Part shown: positions 17,146 through 29,158 of the stretch, one piece after another
Layout: the number at the start of each line of letters is the position of its first letter
How positions within the stretch are numbered: the first letter of the stretch is position 1
Assembly (NCBI GenBank): GCA_964057225.1
Contig: OZ059899.1
Span: 6,076,001 to 6,140,000 of the forward strand
Length of the DNA stretch: 64,000 bases
From: Auanema rhodensis
Lineage: Eukaryota > Animalia > Nematoda
Direction of reading: 5' to 3'
The notes under the pieces: model-generated
What the model saw: the letters and a program-made list of their open reading frames with translations, nothing else
What the model was told of the DNA's origin: nothing
Databases searched by the model: none
Position numbers and translations under genes: made by a program

Positions 17146-17418
17146 TGCTGTGCTCAAACAAAAAGTTGGGTGTTAACTTCCCTATTACTATATTTATATA
17201 TTTTTTTAATCATTTAAATCTCTGATTATAAGTTTAAAAAGTTCGTAAGTATATAGCATAGTATTTGAATTAAAGATTCATATAAGAAGATTACATCACT
17301 TAATATGACGAATTCAAGATGTTCGCTTTAGATCATAGAAGAAAAAATTTGATTAGTAGACACGTTTCATTTAATTCTTATTTCACATTATCATGAATCA
17401 CATAAAGTATCAAATAAT

Positions 17419-18652
17419 TCACCCGGTACTAGCTTTTCCACTACCAACTATAAACGATCTTAAGTCATGATGCCGACTAACAAATATTAAAAAATTAAAT
17501 CCGGTCTAAAATAAATAAATATATATACATATATATAAATTATTATAATTATTAATATTGTTATTTTATTTGGTATTTTTGGTATTTTTGGTATTTTTAA
17601 TGTAATACTATTTAATTTTTAGCAAACCTTGATAAGAATAAGAAGATAAAGTGCAGATTTAAAGTCGGCACTCCCTATATTCATGTCGATTATAATTTCA
17701 GGAATTAATAAGAATATTACGGTATTAAGCATGATTAATGCTTAAAAATGTAAAGATTGTGTTCTTTCTCAAAAGAAGAAATAATAAAGATTGACTTACC
17801 CATGGTTGTATTACTTTTCAAAAGTTTTTTTGAATTTTGTTGACTAATTATGGTGATGTGATTACCTTTTTTTAATCTCTGAATAAAATTATAAATATTA
17901 TTAAATGTTATTTATATAAACTTTATGTATTGAAATTCCAATGGCAATGTAGAGTAAAGCAGATATTACAATACAAGCATATTGAAAATATAAGAAAAAA
18001 CGACGTGCAATTGGATGAGAAAATTCATAAATTCCACAATATATATTCACTTTTTCATATGCAGCTTTGGATAAAAGAACCATAGCTATGTCTGATGTTA
18101 GAAAAAATGTTGCTCCAATGAATGAAACTATATTATTTAAATATATATATATATTAATATTTACTTACTTGATAATAAAGCTAAAGTATAGTTAGTTTTT
18201 CTATGATAATACCATATCGGAAGAAATGTTGCTAGAAAACGGTCAATGGAATTCATTAAGCTCATATTGCCAACAAGGGTATTTCCCCAAAATAGTAAAA
18301 TTGGAGCTGAGGTTAGAACGCATTCATTACGTAGAATAAGGACATCAACTACAATTGTTTTTTATAATCAAAAATCAAAATATTGCTACCTTCTATGGTT
18401 ATCGAAAAATATTCTAGACGACGACAATTTGAAAGAAAAAATCCAATACTGTATATAATATCCCCTAAAGCCATTCCAGCAATAAATAAAAATTCCTGCC
18501 TTTCCCTATTACGTCTTCTAGAGAGAATTACAGCTACAAGTCCAATATTGAGTAAAGCGAATAGAAAACCTTAATTATGTGAAAAATATGTAAAAAATAG
18601 TATAGTATTTACTAAGAACTGTATTACAGAGTAAATTAATTATCGTTGACAT
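17419..18652 (-). CDS. Nematode 7TM chemoreceptor (Srsx-like), paralog A
   Basis: Seven exons splice in frame. Motifs [31 protein letters not shown] and [13 protein letters not shown], with multiple hydrophobic segments. Confidence 0.82.
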
Positions 18653-19586
18653 TATATCTGCTCAATTGGTTCAAATACCTAAAAATATTTAAAAATTATT
18701 TGTTTTAAATGTAAAGTATGGAGAAAAATATTTGATATTGTTAACAAAACATTAATAACTTAATTTAAATAATATCATTAAAATTTATAAATATAAGAAA
18801 AATATTTGAATATTATAAATATAAAAAGATATACATACTCATTTAATATAACATAATATATGCCCTTAAAAAAAGGAAAAAAAAGAATATAAAATAGTAT
18901 GATTGAGAGAAATAATTCATTATATACATATAAATTAAAAAAAAAAATTTTTTTAATTTATATTATTTCATTTCAACGTATGATCTTGATGCATGTTTAA
19001 TGATGAAAGTTCACATCAATTTAAAATAGTTGCATATGATTAAATAGAATTAATAGATATACACATAACATTAACTTTATACAAAAGTTTTTATATGAAT
19101 ATTAGATTGAAAATATTTTGAAATTTACTTATATATGTATATCTACATGTACATTGACATTGTCGTAGATTTGAACTAATAGGTTATGATGAATTGTATT
19201 AATAACATACATATATAATATTATAAAGATGTGAATATAAAATATATAAAAAAAGAAATAAATAAAATACAATTTTTAAATACATTTTGATATGTATTTT
19301 ATAAAGTTAATTATTACAATATTTGATATTAATTTAACTAACTATATGCAATAATTATAATTTGAACCACAAATCAAATGATAATCTAAATGAAAAAATA
19401 TTTAATTTACAATAAGCTAAATTAAAGAATTAAACTGTGAAATATAAAATAATTGAGATATACATATGATATCTACAACCGATCATGATCATTTGAATAT
19501 TAAAAATAGCTTACGTGCTTGATGTATATATACGTGTAAATTATTTCTTATATTCAAATTTATTAAAAGCAAATAATTTTTAATTT

Positions 19587-20792
19587 TTACTTGAAGCTGA
19601 ATCCAAAAATATCATATTATGATATGAGGAATAGTTATGAAAAACCACCATAAAATTAATTGTTCCCTATAATTATGAAAGCATAAGTTTAAAAAGATGA
19701 AAAAGGGAAAAATATAATTAATTTTGAATTATATATGATTTTTTCCTGTTTTTTCTTTATATTTTAATGACTTGCAACTTATTCACCCTCATAATCATGA
19801 TTATTGTTACAATATTCTCTGCTCCTGTTCCAAGAAAGTAACGATTAAAATCCGAAAATAGATATATTAAAGAATTCATCATAACCAAATAACCTTAAAT
19901 AATTAAAAATTTAAATTTTCTATAATAATATAGTAAATGTAACCAGCTAAAAAAACTCCTTTATGAATATGTATTAGATTATCATTAGATAAGAACCGTC
20001 GACTATTAGTTTTATAAGCCTAAATTGAATATAATATGATCATTTGGTTCATCTCTTAATTGATCTTAATACCTTTCTAATGTATAACATACATCCTATG
20101 ATAACAACGTTACTAACAACTAGAATTGACCAACGGAATATTTTAACTTGTGTATATAATGGTTCGCCAAGTATTGTTTTTCTTGGACACATAACATCTA
20201 CTAAGCTGTTCGGATCTCGTACACCTAATGATAGCCATGTTTCGACAGTGGTTGCGACTATTGGGAGTAGAACAAGAGCTTAAAATGAGCAAAATGTATA
20301 ATTCAAGTATATGAAGTATAATTTTGTTGTAATCTCGTTGTTTAATTTGTACCTATCAACGGCCAAAACACATTTTTCGGTGATTTATGCTTGATGTATA
20401 AATGTGGAGAAGATATAACAAGCACAGCACATAATGTAGATACAAAAAAAGACCATATTACTGACCAAACTCCCATAATTTGAATAAAAACAATTCCATC
20501 AAATACGCATGCAGAATGAGTAATTTCAATTTTTTCTTTAAAGATATCATTTATATAATAATTAATTATATATATTTCATACCAAATATAGTTAATTGAT
20601 AATAATTCATTCGACGGAAGTAATATACTAATCCTGTTAGACAGTATATAAAATCCGAAAAACAAAATGGTAACATCAATAATAAATCAACTTTTGCATC
20701 ATGTACTCGACGAAATATCATACGCAAAGCCAAACACACAACTATACTAATTATAAAAGAATCTAAATATTTAAAAATAAATAAATGAACAA

Positions 20793-20838
<46 letters not shown>

Positions 20839-20879
20839 CCTAAACAGATGAACACGAGAAGATATGTCACATAAGACAT
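19587..20879 (-). CDS. Nematode 7TM chemoreceptor, paralog B
   Basis: Seven in-frame exons. Motifs LPFCFSDFIYCLTGLVYYFRR, IQIMGVWSVIWS and MCPRKTILGEPLY. Same exon layout as its neighbours. Confidence 0.78.
20799..20833. repeat. (TA)n microsatellite in a receptor intron
   Basis: Read directly from the sequence. Confidence 0.95.
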
Positions 20880-21771
20880 AAGATTAATACTGATACAAGT
20901 CTAAAAAAAAAGGAAAAATGTAATAAATAACAGAAAAGGATTAGAATATCAACTTTAAATTTTTTTGAAACGATTGAATAAAAGAAAAATTAAAATAAAA
21001 TAAAAAGTAATAATTCTAATAGAATTATTCTATGATAGTAACAGTATCACTATCAATGTATACATACATAATTTAAATAGATTTTATATTAAATATGTGT
21101 GTAATTGTCATTTGTATTATTCGATTAGATTCAAACTAAATATCATAAGACAATTTAATTTTTTTTTCATGATATACGCTTCAAATTATCAGACATATAA
21201 CATGTATAATTTGGATCAAAATGATGTAATATTTTAAAGTTGATCAAATATTATAAAATAATTTTTATAAAACAACCTATTTATATAAAATATCTTTGAT
21301 AATAAAACAAATAGAAATATGAACATAATAGGAATTCATTTATTTTTTTAAAAATAATTATAATGTATTGATATATTTGTATGTGAATATTTTCAAAAAA
21401 AGAGCAAATAAAAAGCTTAGTATCTTATACAATATTCATTCATCATTTTTTATTTTAAAAACAAAATGATTTTCATCCAAGATTTAAAAAAAAATAGACG
21501 ATAGCGATAATTATCCAAACACCTTTTGTTGTCAACGATGGTGCATACATAGTATTATACTATATGACGTAGGATTATCGAGCTACGTGTACTCACTCAT
21601 ATTGTTGTAAATATTTAAATAAATTTAAATATTATTATTAAAAAAAATGTTTGTTAGTATATTAGTAACTTTAACATATAAGTAATTATTATTTTATTAC
21701 ATTAATAATAAGACATTTGTATATTTAAATATTATTAAACATTTTATACTTAAATACATCCATATATATAC

Positions 21772-21802
<31 letters not shown>

Positions 21803-21851
21803 TAAATTTATATTATTTATATATGTACTTGTATGAATATAATATATGTAA

Positions 21852-23029
21852 TTAGTTAAATTTTCGTCCAATAATAAAGGAACGTAATTCTTCATGCCTA
21901 CACACAAAAATTAGAAAATTCAAAGCTGTCTGTAAAAATTGAAAAAAAAATTGGAAATAAAAAGTAAAATACCTTTATTAAAACTAGAAAATAAAAAATA
22001 ATTTTTTCTTGTGCTGATCCTATTCTTAAATCTATTAGCATTTGTGGAAAAAATAGAAAGATAAATGTATTCATCATAATTAAAGCTGAAACACATTTTA
22101 TTTATATTTAAATGAAACAGGAAAACATGTAAATACCCATTGTTGTATTACTTTTCGATAATCGTTTTGCATTTCGTTGCTTTGATGCTAGAGTAATCTG
22201 TCTAGATACTTTGTATCTCTGAATTAATATATATATATATATATATTATATTATAATATATAAGTTAAATACCTTACGTAAAGCAAAGAAAATTGCTATA
22301 TAAACTATTGCTGATAAAAAAACAAAAAAGAATTGAGAATAATTGATATATATTCCAACTATAGGATGTAAGTATTCTAATACACCACAATCTATACTAA
22401 CTAATGTTTCTAAGATATCATTAGATGATATTAGAAACAACAGATTTGTTAATGTACAAACTGCTGCAATTAAGAATGATACTGCAAAAAAGATTAATTT
22501 AAATTAATAATTTTAAAAAATTTTAATATTACTAAGAATAAGCCGTATTGTATATCTATTAGTCTGTTGATAATACCATATCGGAAGAAATGTTGCTAGA
22601 AAACGGTCAATAGCATTAATCAAGTTCATATTGCCAACAAGGTTATTTCCCAAAAATAATAATGTTGGTGCAGGTGTCTCCAGGCACTCAGAACGTTTTA
22701 CCATGGGATATCCTAAAAATATTCAGAGTAATTAATTAAAAATATTTTAAAAACCATCTAAAGTATCAGGATAGTATTCTAATCTTCGACAAGCAAAAAG
22801 AAAAAATCCAATACTGTATATAATATCCCCTAAAGCCATTCCAGCAATAAATAAAAATTCCTGTTTCTCCCTATTTTTCTTTTGACAAATAATCAAAAAT
22901 ACCAAAAATGTATGCATAACAGCAAAAAGAAAACCTTAAACTTATTTATATAGTATATAAACAGTATAATAAGTTTTTACTTAATAATATACATACAAGT
23001 AGTGCTGATACTAACGATATAATCATCAT
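21852..23029 (-). CDS. Nematode 7TM chemoreceptor (Srsx-like), paralog A'
   Basis: Paralog of 17419-18652 with the same exon structure. Motifs [14 protein letters not shown] and NFLIFVCRHEELR. Confidence 0.82.
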
Positions 23030-23716
23030 AATTTTGAGAAAAATTCGAATAAATATTTCTGAAATGTTAATTAATATTTTAGAAAGAAAAAAGCTTATGA
23101 AAAAAGAATAATTAACAATATTATTTAAATTTTATTAATATTTTAAATTTACATTAAATAAAAAATATATTATTACATTTTGATTTAACCATATTATAAG
23201 ATTAGGTATACAAAAAGAAATAAAAACAATTCATAACTTTACATACAATATATAATATTATAATTTAATATAAAATAGTTAGAAAAAAAGATAAAATATA
23301 GAATATTGTGAAGAAATCGGAAAAAAACTTTGATGATCAAAAGTTAATCTCAACATATATAGTTAGATTCAAAATCTAAAGTTGTAATTATAAGCAAAGT
23401 TATAATTATATGGATAAGGATATTATATTTATACAATAATCATATACGAATAATAAAGATAAAAAGAATTATTGTAAAATATTTATTTTATTAAATAGTT
23501 TATAGTATGATTATTCTAATTGATGTAGCTATATTATTTAATAACTATATTTAAGCTTCTTTTTTTTTTGAGATAACCTAGAAATATTCTATAAATTAAA
23601 TATTTAAATATATAAACAATTTTGAATCTAAAAAATTATTATAATTATAAATTAATATGCATAAATAAATATTTTATTTTCATATAATAATGCTATGTGA
23701 GCGGTTGCATTCTATT

Positions 23717-24806
23717 CTATTTTGACCATTCAACAAGTAAATTATAATGTATAATCATACAATTAAGTAATCCCTTAATATTTTAATATTATTATTGAAT
23801 ATATTTTAACTTCTTACTCTTAAAATTTGTATAATTGTTGTATAATATTCTATAATATGGGATCCAATAAAAAATTTATTAAGATCACTTAATAAATAAA
23901 TTGCTGGATTTATAATAGAAAGCCATGCTATAATAAATATTTAATTAATTATATTTAATTAATTAAAATATACCTATTAATGTTAATGCATTTTCAATAT
24001 TTTTTATTTTTTTTTTGTTCAACTGTAAATAATATTTATGTAAATAAATATTTTGATATATTAATACTTACATGTACTATTATAAGACATATAGTTGATA
24101 ATAATATGGTTATACTCAATAATATCCAACGAAATATCCGAATTCTTACATGCAATGTTTTACCAAGCACAAGCTTTCTTGAGCAGATGAGATCAACTAC
24201 ATCTGGTCCACTACGAGCATACAATGATAATAGAATTTCACCAGTAGATGATAATAATATCCAAGTTAATAATACTTAATTTTACATTTCTTTTGCGTTT
24301 TTATAATATTATAATACTTATAACCAGAATACTTGCTCTTATATGTAGATGCTTTTCGAAAAGTTGAGGAGAAAATAAAAGAAGAACAGCACATATAACT
24401 GATAAAAGTGGACTCCATATTATGGACCAAACACCAGTAATTTGAAAAATGATTATAACATCCTTAATACAATCCATTTGAGTTATCACAAGATTATCTT
24501 AAACTTTATTATACTATGATGATGATTGACCTTTACTATACCTTCAAGACGATAAATGTTTGTTGTTCGAAAATATAAAAGTGTTGATGTTATACTAAAT
24601 AGAATATCAGCAATCCAAAATGGTAAAGTTAAACAGAATATAGTTTTTGAAATATAGTTCCATGTATTTATTAATCGAAAAATAAGAATAGCTATACATC
24701 CTAATACTATAACATCTAAAATAATATTTTATTTTAAACTATAATAATATCAGTATTACTAACTCATACATATCACTAAAACAAAATATGCTACATCCGA
24801 CATCAT
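23717..24806 (-). CDS. Nematode 7TM chemoreceptor, paralog B'
   Basis: Paralog of 19587-20879 with in-frame exons. Motifs LPFWIADILFS, FQITGVWSIIWS and ICSRKLVLGK..IFRW. Confidence 0.78.
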
Positions 24807-25247
24807 TTTTGATTTTAAAACTGAAAAAAAAAAATTTTTTTTTGTTTCATAAACATAGTAAAGTATTTAAATAATTTTATTTAAAACAAAAAGAACAGTG
24901 ATTTAAATGAATATTTATATATAAAATATGATAAAGTAAAAAAATTATAAATAATATGTATATCAGTCAGTAGAATATTCTATAAAAGCTCTTTTTTTTC
25001 TTTAAAAAATAACTATTATGATCAAACATAAATAAATGTATGTACAATCTATATCCCGAATACAACATAAAAAATTAATTAAAATACATTTCTGTGATTT
25101 TTTTTTTGAAAACAACGAAATGAATTTAGAAATAAGAGATCAAAATTTCCAATCATAATATAAGAAAGAGAATTTATTGAAAGATCTGCATCATACATAC
25201 ATATATATATATATAATATATATTGTATATTATATATAAATTGAAGT

Positions 25248-26547
25248 TCATGCTGTTGTCACAAGTCTTGTTGTATGAATATCTGAATAACACCAAATAC
25301 CAAAATCAGAAAACTGTAAAGATATACACATAATAGTAAAGAAAACCTAAAATATAAATAATTATTTTAATAAAATAAAATAATTTTAAAAGAAAAAAAA
25401 AACTTAATCGAAAAACATCAGCTTGTATAGTATAAATTATAAAATACCAATCATTACTTAATGATCGTATAAATTCAATTAAAAATATAAATAAAGAAGA
25501 TATAAACATAGTTAGTCCTATAATATATAAAATAGATTTCAATCAAGGATATTCCTTATTTAATTCTTAAAAAAAAAGGAAAAAAAGATGGAAATGAATT
25601 TACCAAATTTCACAATTGTTCCAACTACTCGTTTTGAATGTAATGGAAATCTCATATTATTAACAACGGATGGATGAACAGGCTAAAGTTAATTATAATT
25701 ATTATATTAACTATGCTTTTCTTTTCTTTTTCTTATTTTTAGGGATTATTATAAAGTTAAAAAATATCAATGTATAGTATTACTTGAATAAACTTACGTG
25801 TTTTGCTAATATATAAGCAAACACGATGGCTATAAAGCCTGAACTAAAGATAGAAATTCGTATGACTTGAGTTAAGCGATAAAATGGTTCTCCGAGAACA
25901 TCAATTCGAAAACATAATCCGGAAATTCGTGTATTCTCAAAATGTTTTCTTTCCATAATCCATAATTCAGTTATAACAGCAATTGTAGTACATGCTACAC
26001 TACCTATAATATTAGTATAATTTATTAATTATATATAATAATATAACCTCCAAGTGGATATAAAGCTATATGCCAATCAAAAACATCAAAAAATGTAACT
26101 GGATGTTTAGCAATATATATTAAACAATATGATGTAAAAGCATTAGTAAATGATATTGACCATGATCCAATATTTTGTATTATAACTACAGGTTCATATA
26201 AGCAATCATACCGTAAAGCATAAAAATCATCTAAAATAAGAATAATAATAATCAAATATAAAGAAATAATTAATATAATTACGATTTCTGGAATTTAACT
26301 GTTTTTCCATACGTTGCCAAGCTAAAAATAAATGTCCCAATGGATAAACTCCATTTAAGACAAGATAAGCAACTATTAATATTAGTTCATTTCGTTCACG
26401 GTGATGTCGAAAAGCACATAAACGAAGAAAAAGTAAAAGAATCCATAATAACGCCAAAAAATCTTAAAATTTTTATTTTTAAAAATAAATAAAATTAAAA
26501 TTAAATATACCTGAACATATGACAACAATAAGAAGAGCTACATACAT
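25248..26547 (-). CDS. Nematode 7TM chemoreceptor, divergent paralog C; phase of the last exon uncertain
   Basis: Reads MYVALLIVVICS/DFLALLWILLLFLRL..., IIQNIGSWS, LCFRIDVLGEPFY. Same exon layout as B and B'. Confidence 0.72.
25302..25758. repeat. Left arm of a 457-bp inverted repeat (3' part of chemoreceptor C)
   Basis: Reverse complement of 28501-28957. The same 78-aa ORF appears on opposite strands, the end coordinates sum equally (54259), and the homopolymer runs I checked match. Confidence 0.95.
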
Positions 26548-27479
26548 TAATATGAAAAATATATAAATATAAATTTGTTGAAAGAAAATTCTTAAACAAG
26601 ATATATTTTAATTTTTGATGTTCAAATTGATTTAAAATAATGTTTTATAATACGTGGGCATCTCATGATTCAATTATATGTTATAACTCATATAATTATT
26701 TAGCTCTGAATATTACTTTCCTTTTTGCATATATTATATTCATATTTTTTTATTAAAAATATTATAAAATTTTAAATTATTTGAATTATTAAAAAAAGAC
26801 CAGAACAAGATCTGCGTATTGCTAATTTGAAACATTTCTTATTAATAATAATATATTTGTATAATTTTACATTTATTTATTATGAAAAAAAATCTTCATA
26901 GACATAAGCATAAAATTTTCCCTTTAAAGCTTTTTCCATTAGTCATCAAGACTACACGAATTCAAAAAGTTGATTGACTTCAAATACCTAAAATCATCAT
27001 TTCAGATAATATTTTAAGAATTTTCCTTCTTTACTTTCGTGTAAACTGTTTTTTAATTCAAAATCATGAAATGAGTAATATGATCGCTTCTGGCAGATCA
27101 TACATATCCAAACATACCGTATCCCTCTTTGTTATTCATCATGTGTAGTTACTGTAATTGTTAATTGATTGACTCTTTTAAACCGTAAAAGTTTGCAAAA
27201 TATCATTTTTTGTAATTGGAAATATAAAAATTAAAAATTAAAAGTCAAAATATAAAAATAATATGAATATTGAAAAATACAAACTATGTAATTCAAAGAC
27301 TTTGTATAAGTATCAATACAATTATTAAGCATAATTTATAAAATGCAGACACGCATAGCTAACAGAAGTAAAAACACAAATGAAATCATAATTGTATTTT
27401 CTTAAAGACAATTTGTTTTTAAAATTATTTCTTTGATCAAAGATATTTCAGTTCCTGTTATCAATGAAATAAAAGGGTA

Positions 27480-27760
27480 AAGGATAAGGGAAGGACTACT
27501 ATTAGAAGATCAACCTTTGAGGAAAGTAGTACTTCTTGGCTTCGAGATATTGTCATTAGTTGATTTTGGTGCGATAATGACTCCCATTAGTTATGAATTA
27601 CCAAAGGAAGCTAGTGAACGAAGCCAAGCGATGTTACCCGTAGAATAGATCGAATTACTAAAGATTCAGAAGACGGAAGTAGTATGGTAGCAACAGTTAT
27701 TATACTAGAAGGACAAGGAAGTAAGATGTTGGTAGAAAAAGACTCATTCCAGATATAAAT
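27480..27760 (+). mobile_element. Degenerate LTR-retrotransposon aspartyl protease relic
   Basis: One frame reads KVVLLGFEILSLVDFGAIMTPISYEL (LVDFGA at 27556-27573), resembling the retropepsin pattern hhD[ST]GA..S.IS. It has in-frame stops, no introns, and a purine-rich, higher-GC composition. Confidence 0.5.
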
Positions 27761-28500
27761 CAACAGGAAGTCATCGATGCTTGTAAACATATTCATACCA
27801 AAGCGCAACGAAGACAATTCATACTGGAATCACCTCACATGCTAAGAAGACAGGAACGTCTTCGAGATTACAATTCTTACCATGTGTGCACCTTGGTTGA
27901 TTGCCTTCTGATTTTCAACTTGTTTATAATTTAACTTCCTCTTTTCAAAATCATATAGAAGAGATGTTGCCACACATAATCATCGTATTTCTTATGATTT
28001 TCAAGCAAATTTCTTTTATATAAAAAAGAATTTCTGATTAGGGTTTTATATACTATACATACATATGTACATATGTGTCAGTTAAGAGGGTTCTTTAATA
28101 TGTAGTAGTAAATAAAATATTTTTTAAAACAAAACCTTAAGTTTCAGAATATATTTCTCATAAATAGTAATAGTTTGAATAAATTAATATTAAATAATTA
28201 AGAAAGAAAGAAAAAATGTTATGAATGTTGTTGTTAACTATCAACTAAAATTATCTAATGATGTGTATCTTTATTTTTTTATCAGAAAAGAAATTGTTGC
28301 TCTTATCAGAAACTATTTCAATTATTTGATTATTAATATGTTGGCTAGAGCACATGAAAAATTTCATGTTTTAGTGTCTAAATGATAAAACTAAAACTGC
28401 GTTCCAAACAGTTTTTCTTGAATAACTTATGTAGAAATAAACAAATCAAAATTTAAGAAAATAGGTTTCTGTACTGTATGATCATGAAGTTATAGATATA

Positions 28501-28957
28501 AACTTTATAATAATCCCTAAAAATAAGAAAAAGAAAAGAAAAGCATAGTTAATATAATAATTATAATTAACTTTAGCCTGTTCATCCATCCGTTGTTAAT
28601 AATATGAGATTTCCATTACATTCAAAACGAGTAGTTGGAACAATTGTGAAATTTGGTAAATTCATTTCCATCTTTTTTTCCTTTTTTTTTAAGAATTAAA
28701 TAAGGAATATCCTTGATTGAAATCTATTTTATATATTATAGGACTAACTATGTTTATATCTTCTTTATTTATATTTTTAATTGAATTTATACGATCATTA
28801 AGTAATGATTGGTATTTTATAATTTATACTATACAAGCTGATGTTTTTCGATTAAGTTTTTTTTTTCTTTTAAAATTATTTTATTTTATTAAAATAATTA
28901 TTTATATTTTAGGTTTTCTTTACTATTATGTGTATATCTTTACAGTTTTCTGATTTT
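28501..28957 (+). repeat. Right arm of the inverted repeat: promoterless duplicate of the 3' exons of chemoreceptor C
   Basis: Matches the left arm. It holds only the last exons and introns, with no 5' exons upstream on the + strand. Confidence 0.95.
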
Positions 28958-29110
28958 TATTTTATATTTATAAGTTAGTTAGAGTTAAATATCAAATAAA
29001 ATGAACGGTAAAGTACTTTCATTCTATTAAAAGTTTATGTTAATTAACTATGCGGAAATAAATAAAAATGAATTTCTTAAAACAGAAATAGAATAATGTT
29101 ATAAAGAGTT

Positions 29111-29112
<2 letters not shown>

Positions 29113-29155
<43 letters not shown>
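29113..29155. repeat. (AG)n microsatellite, about 21 units
   Basis: Read directly from the sequence. Confidence 0.97.
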
Positions 29156-29158
<3 letters not shown>

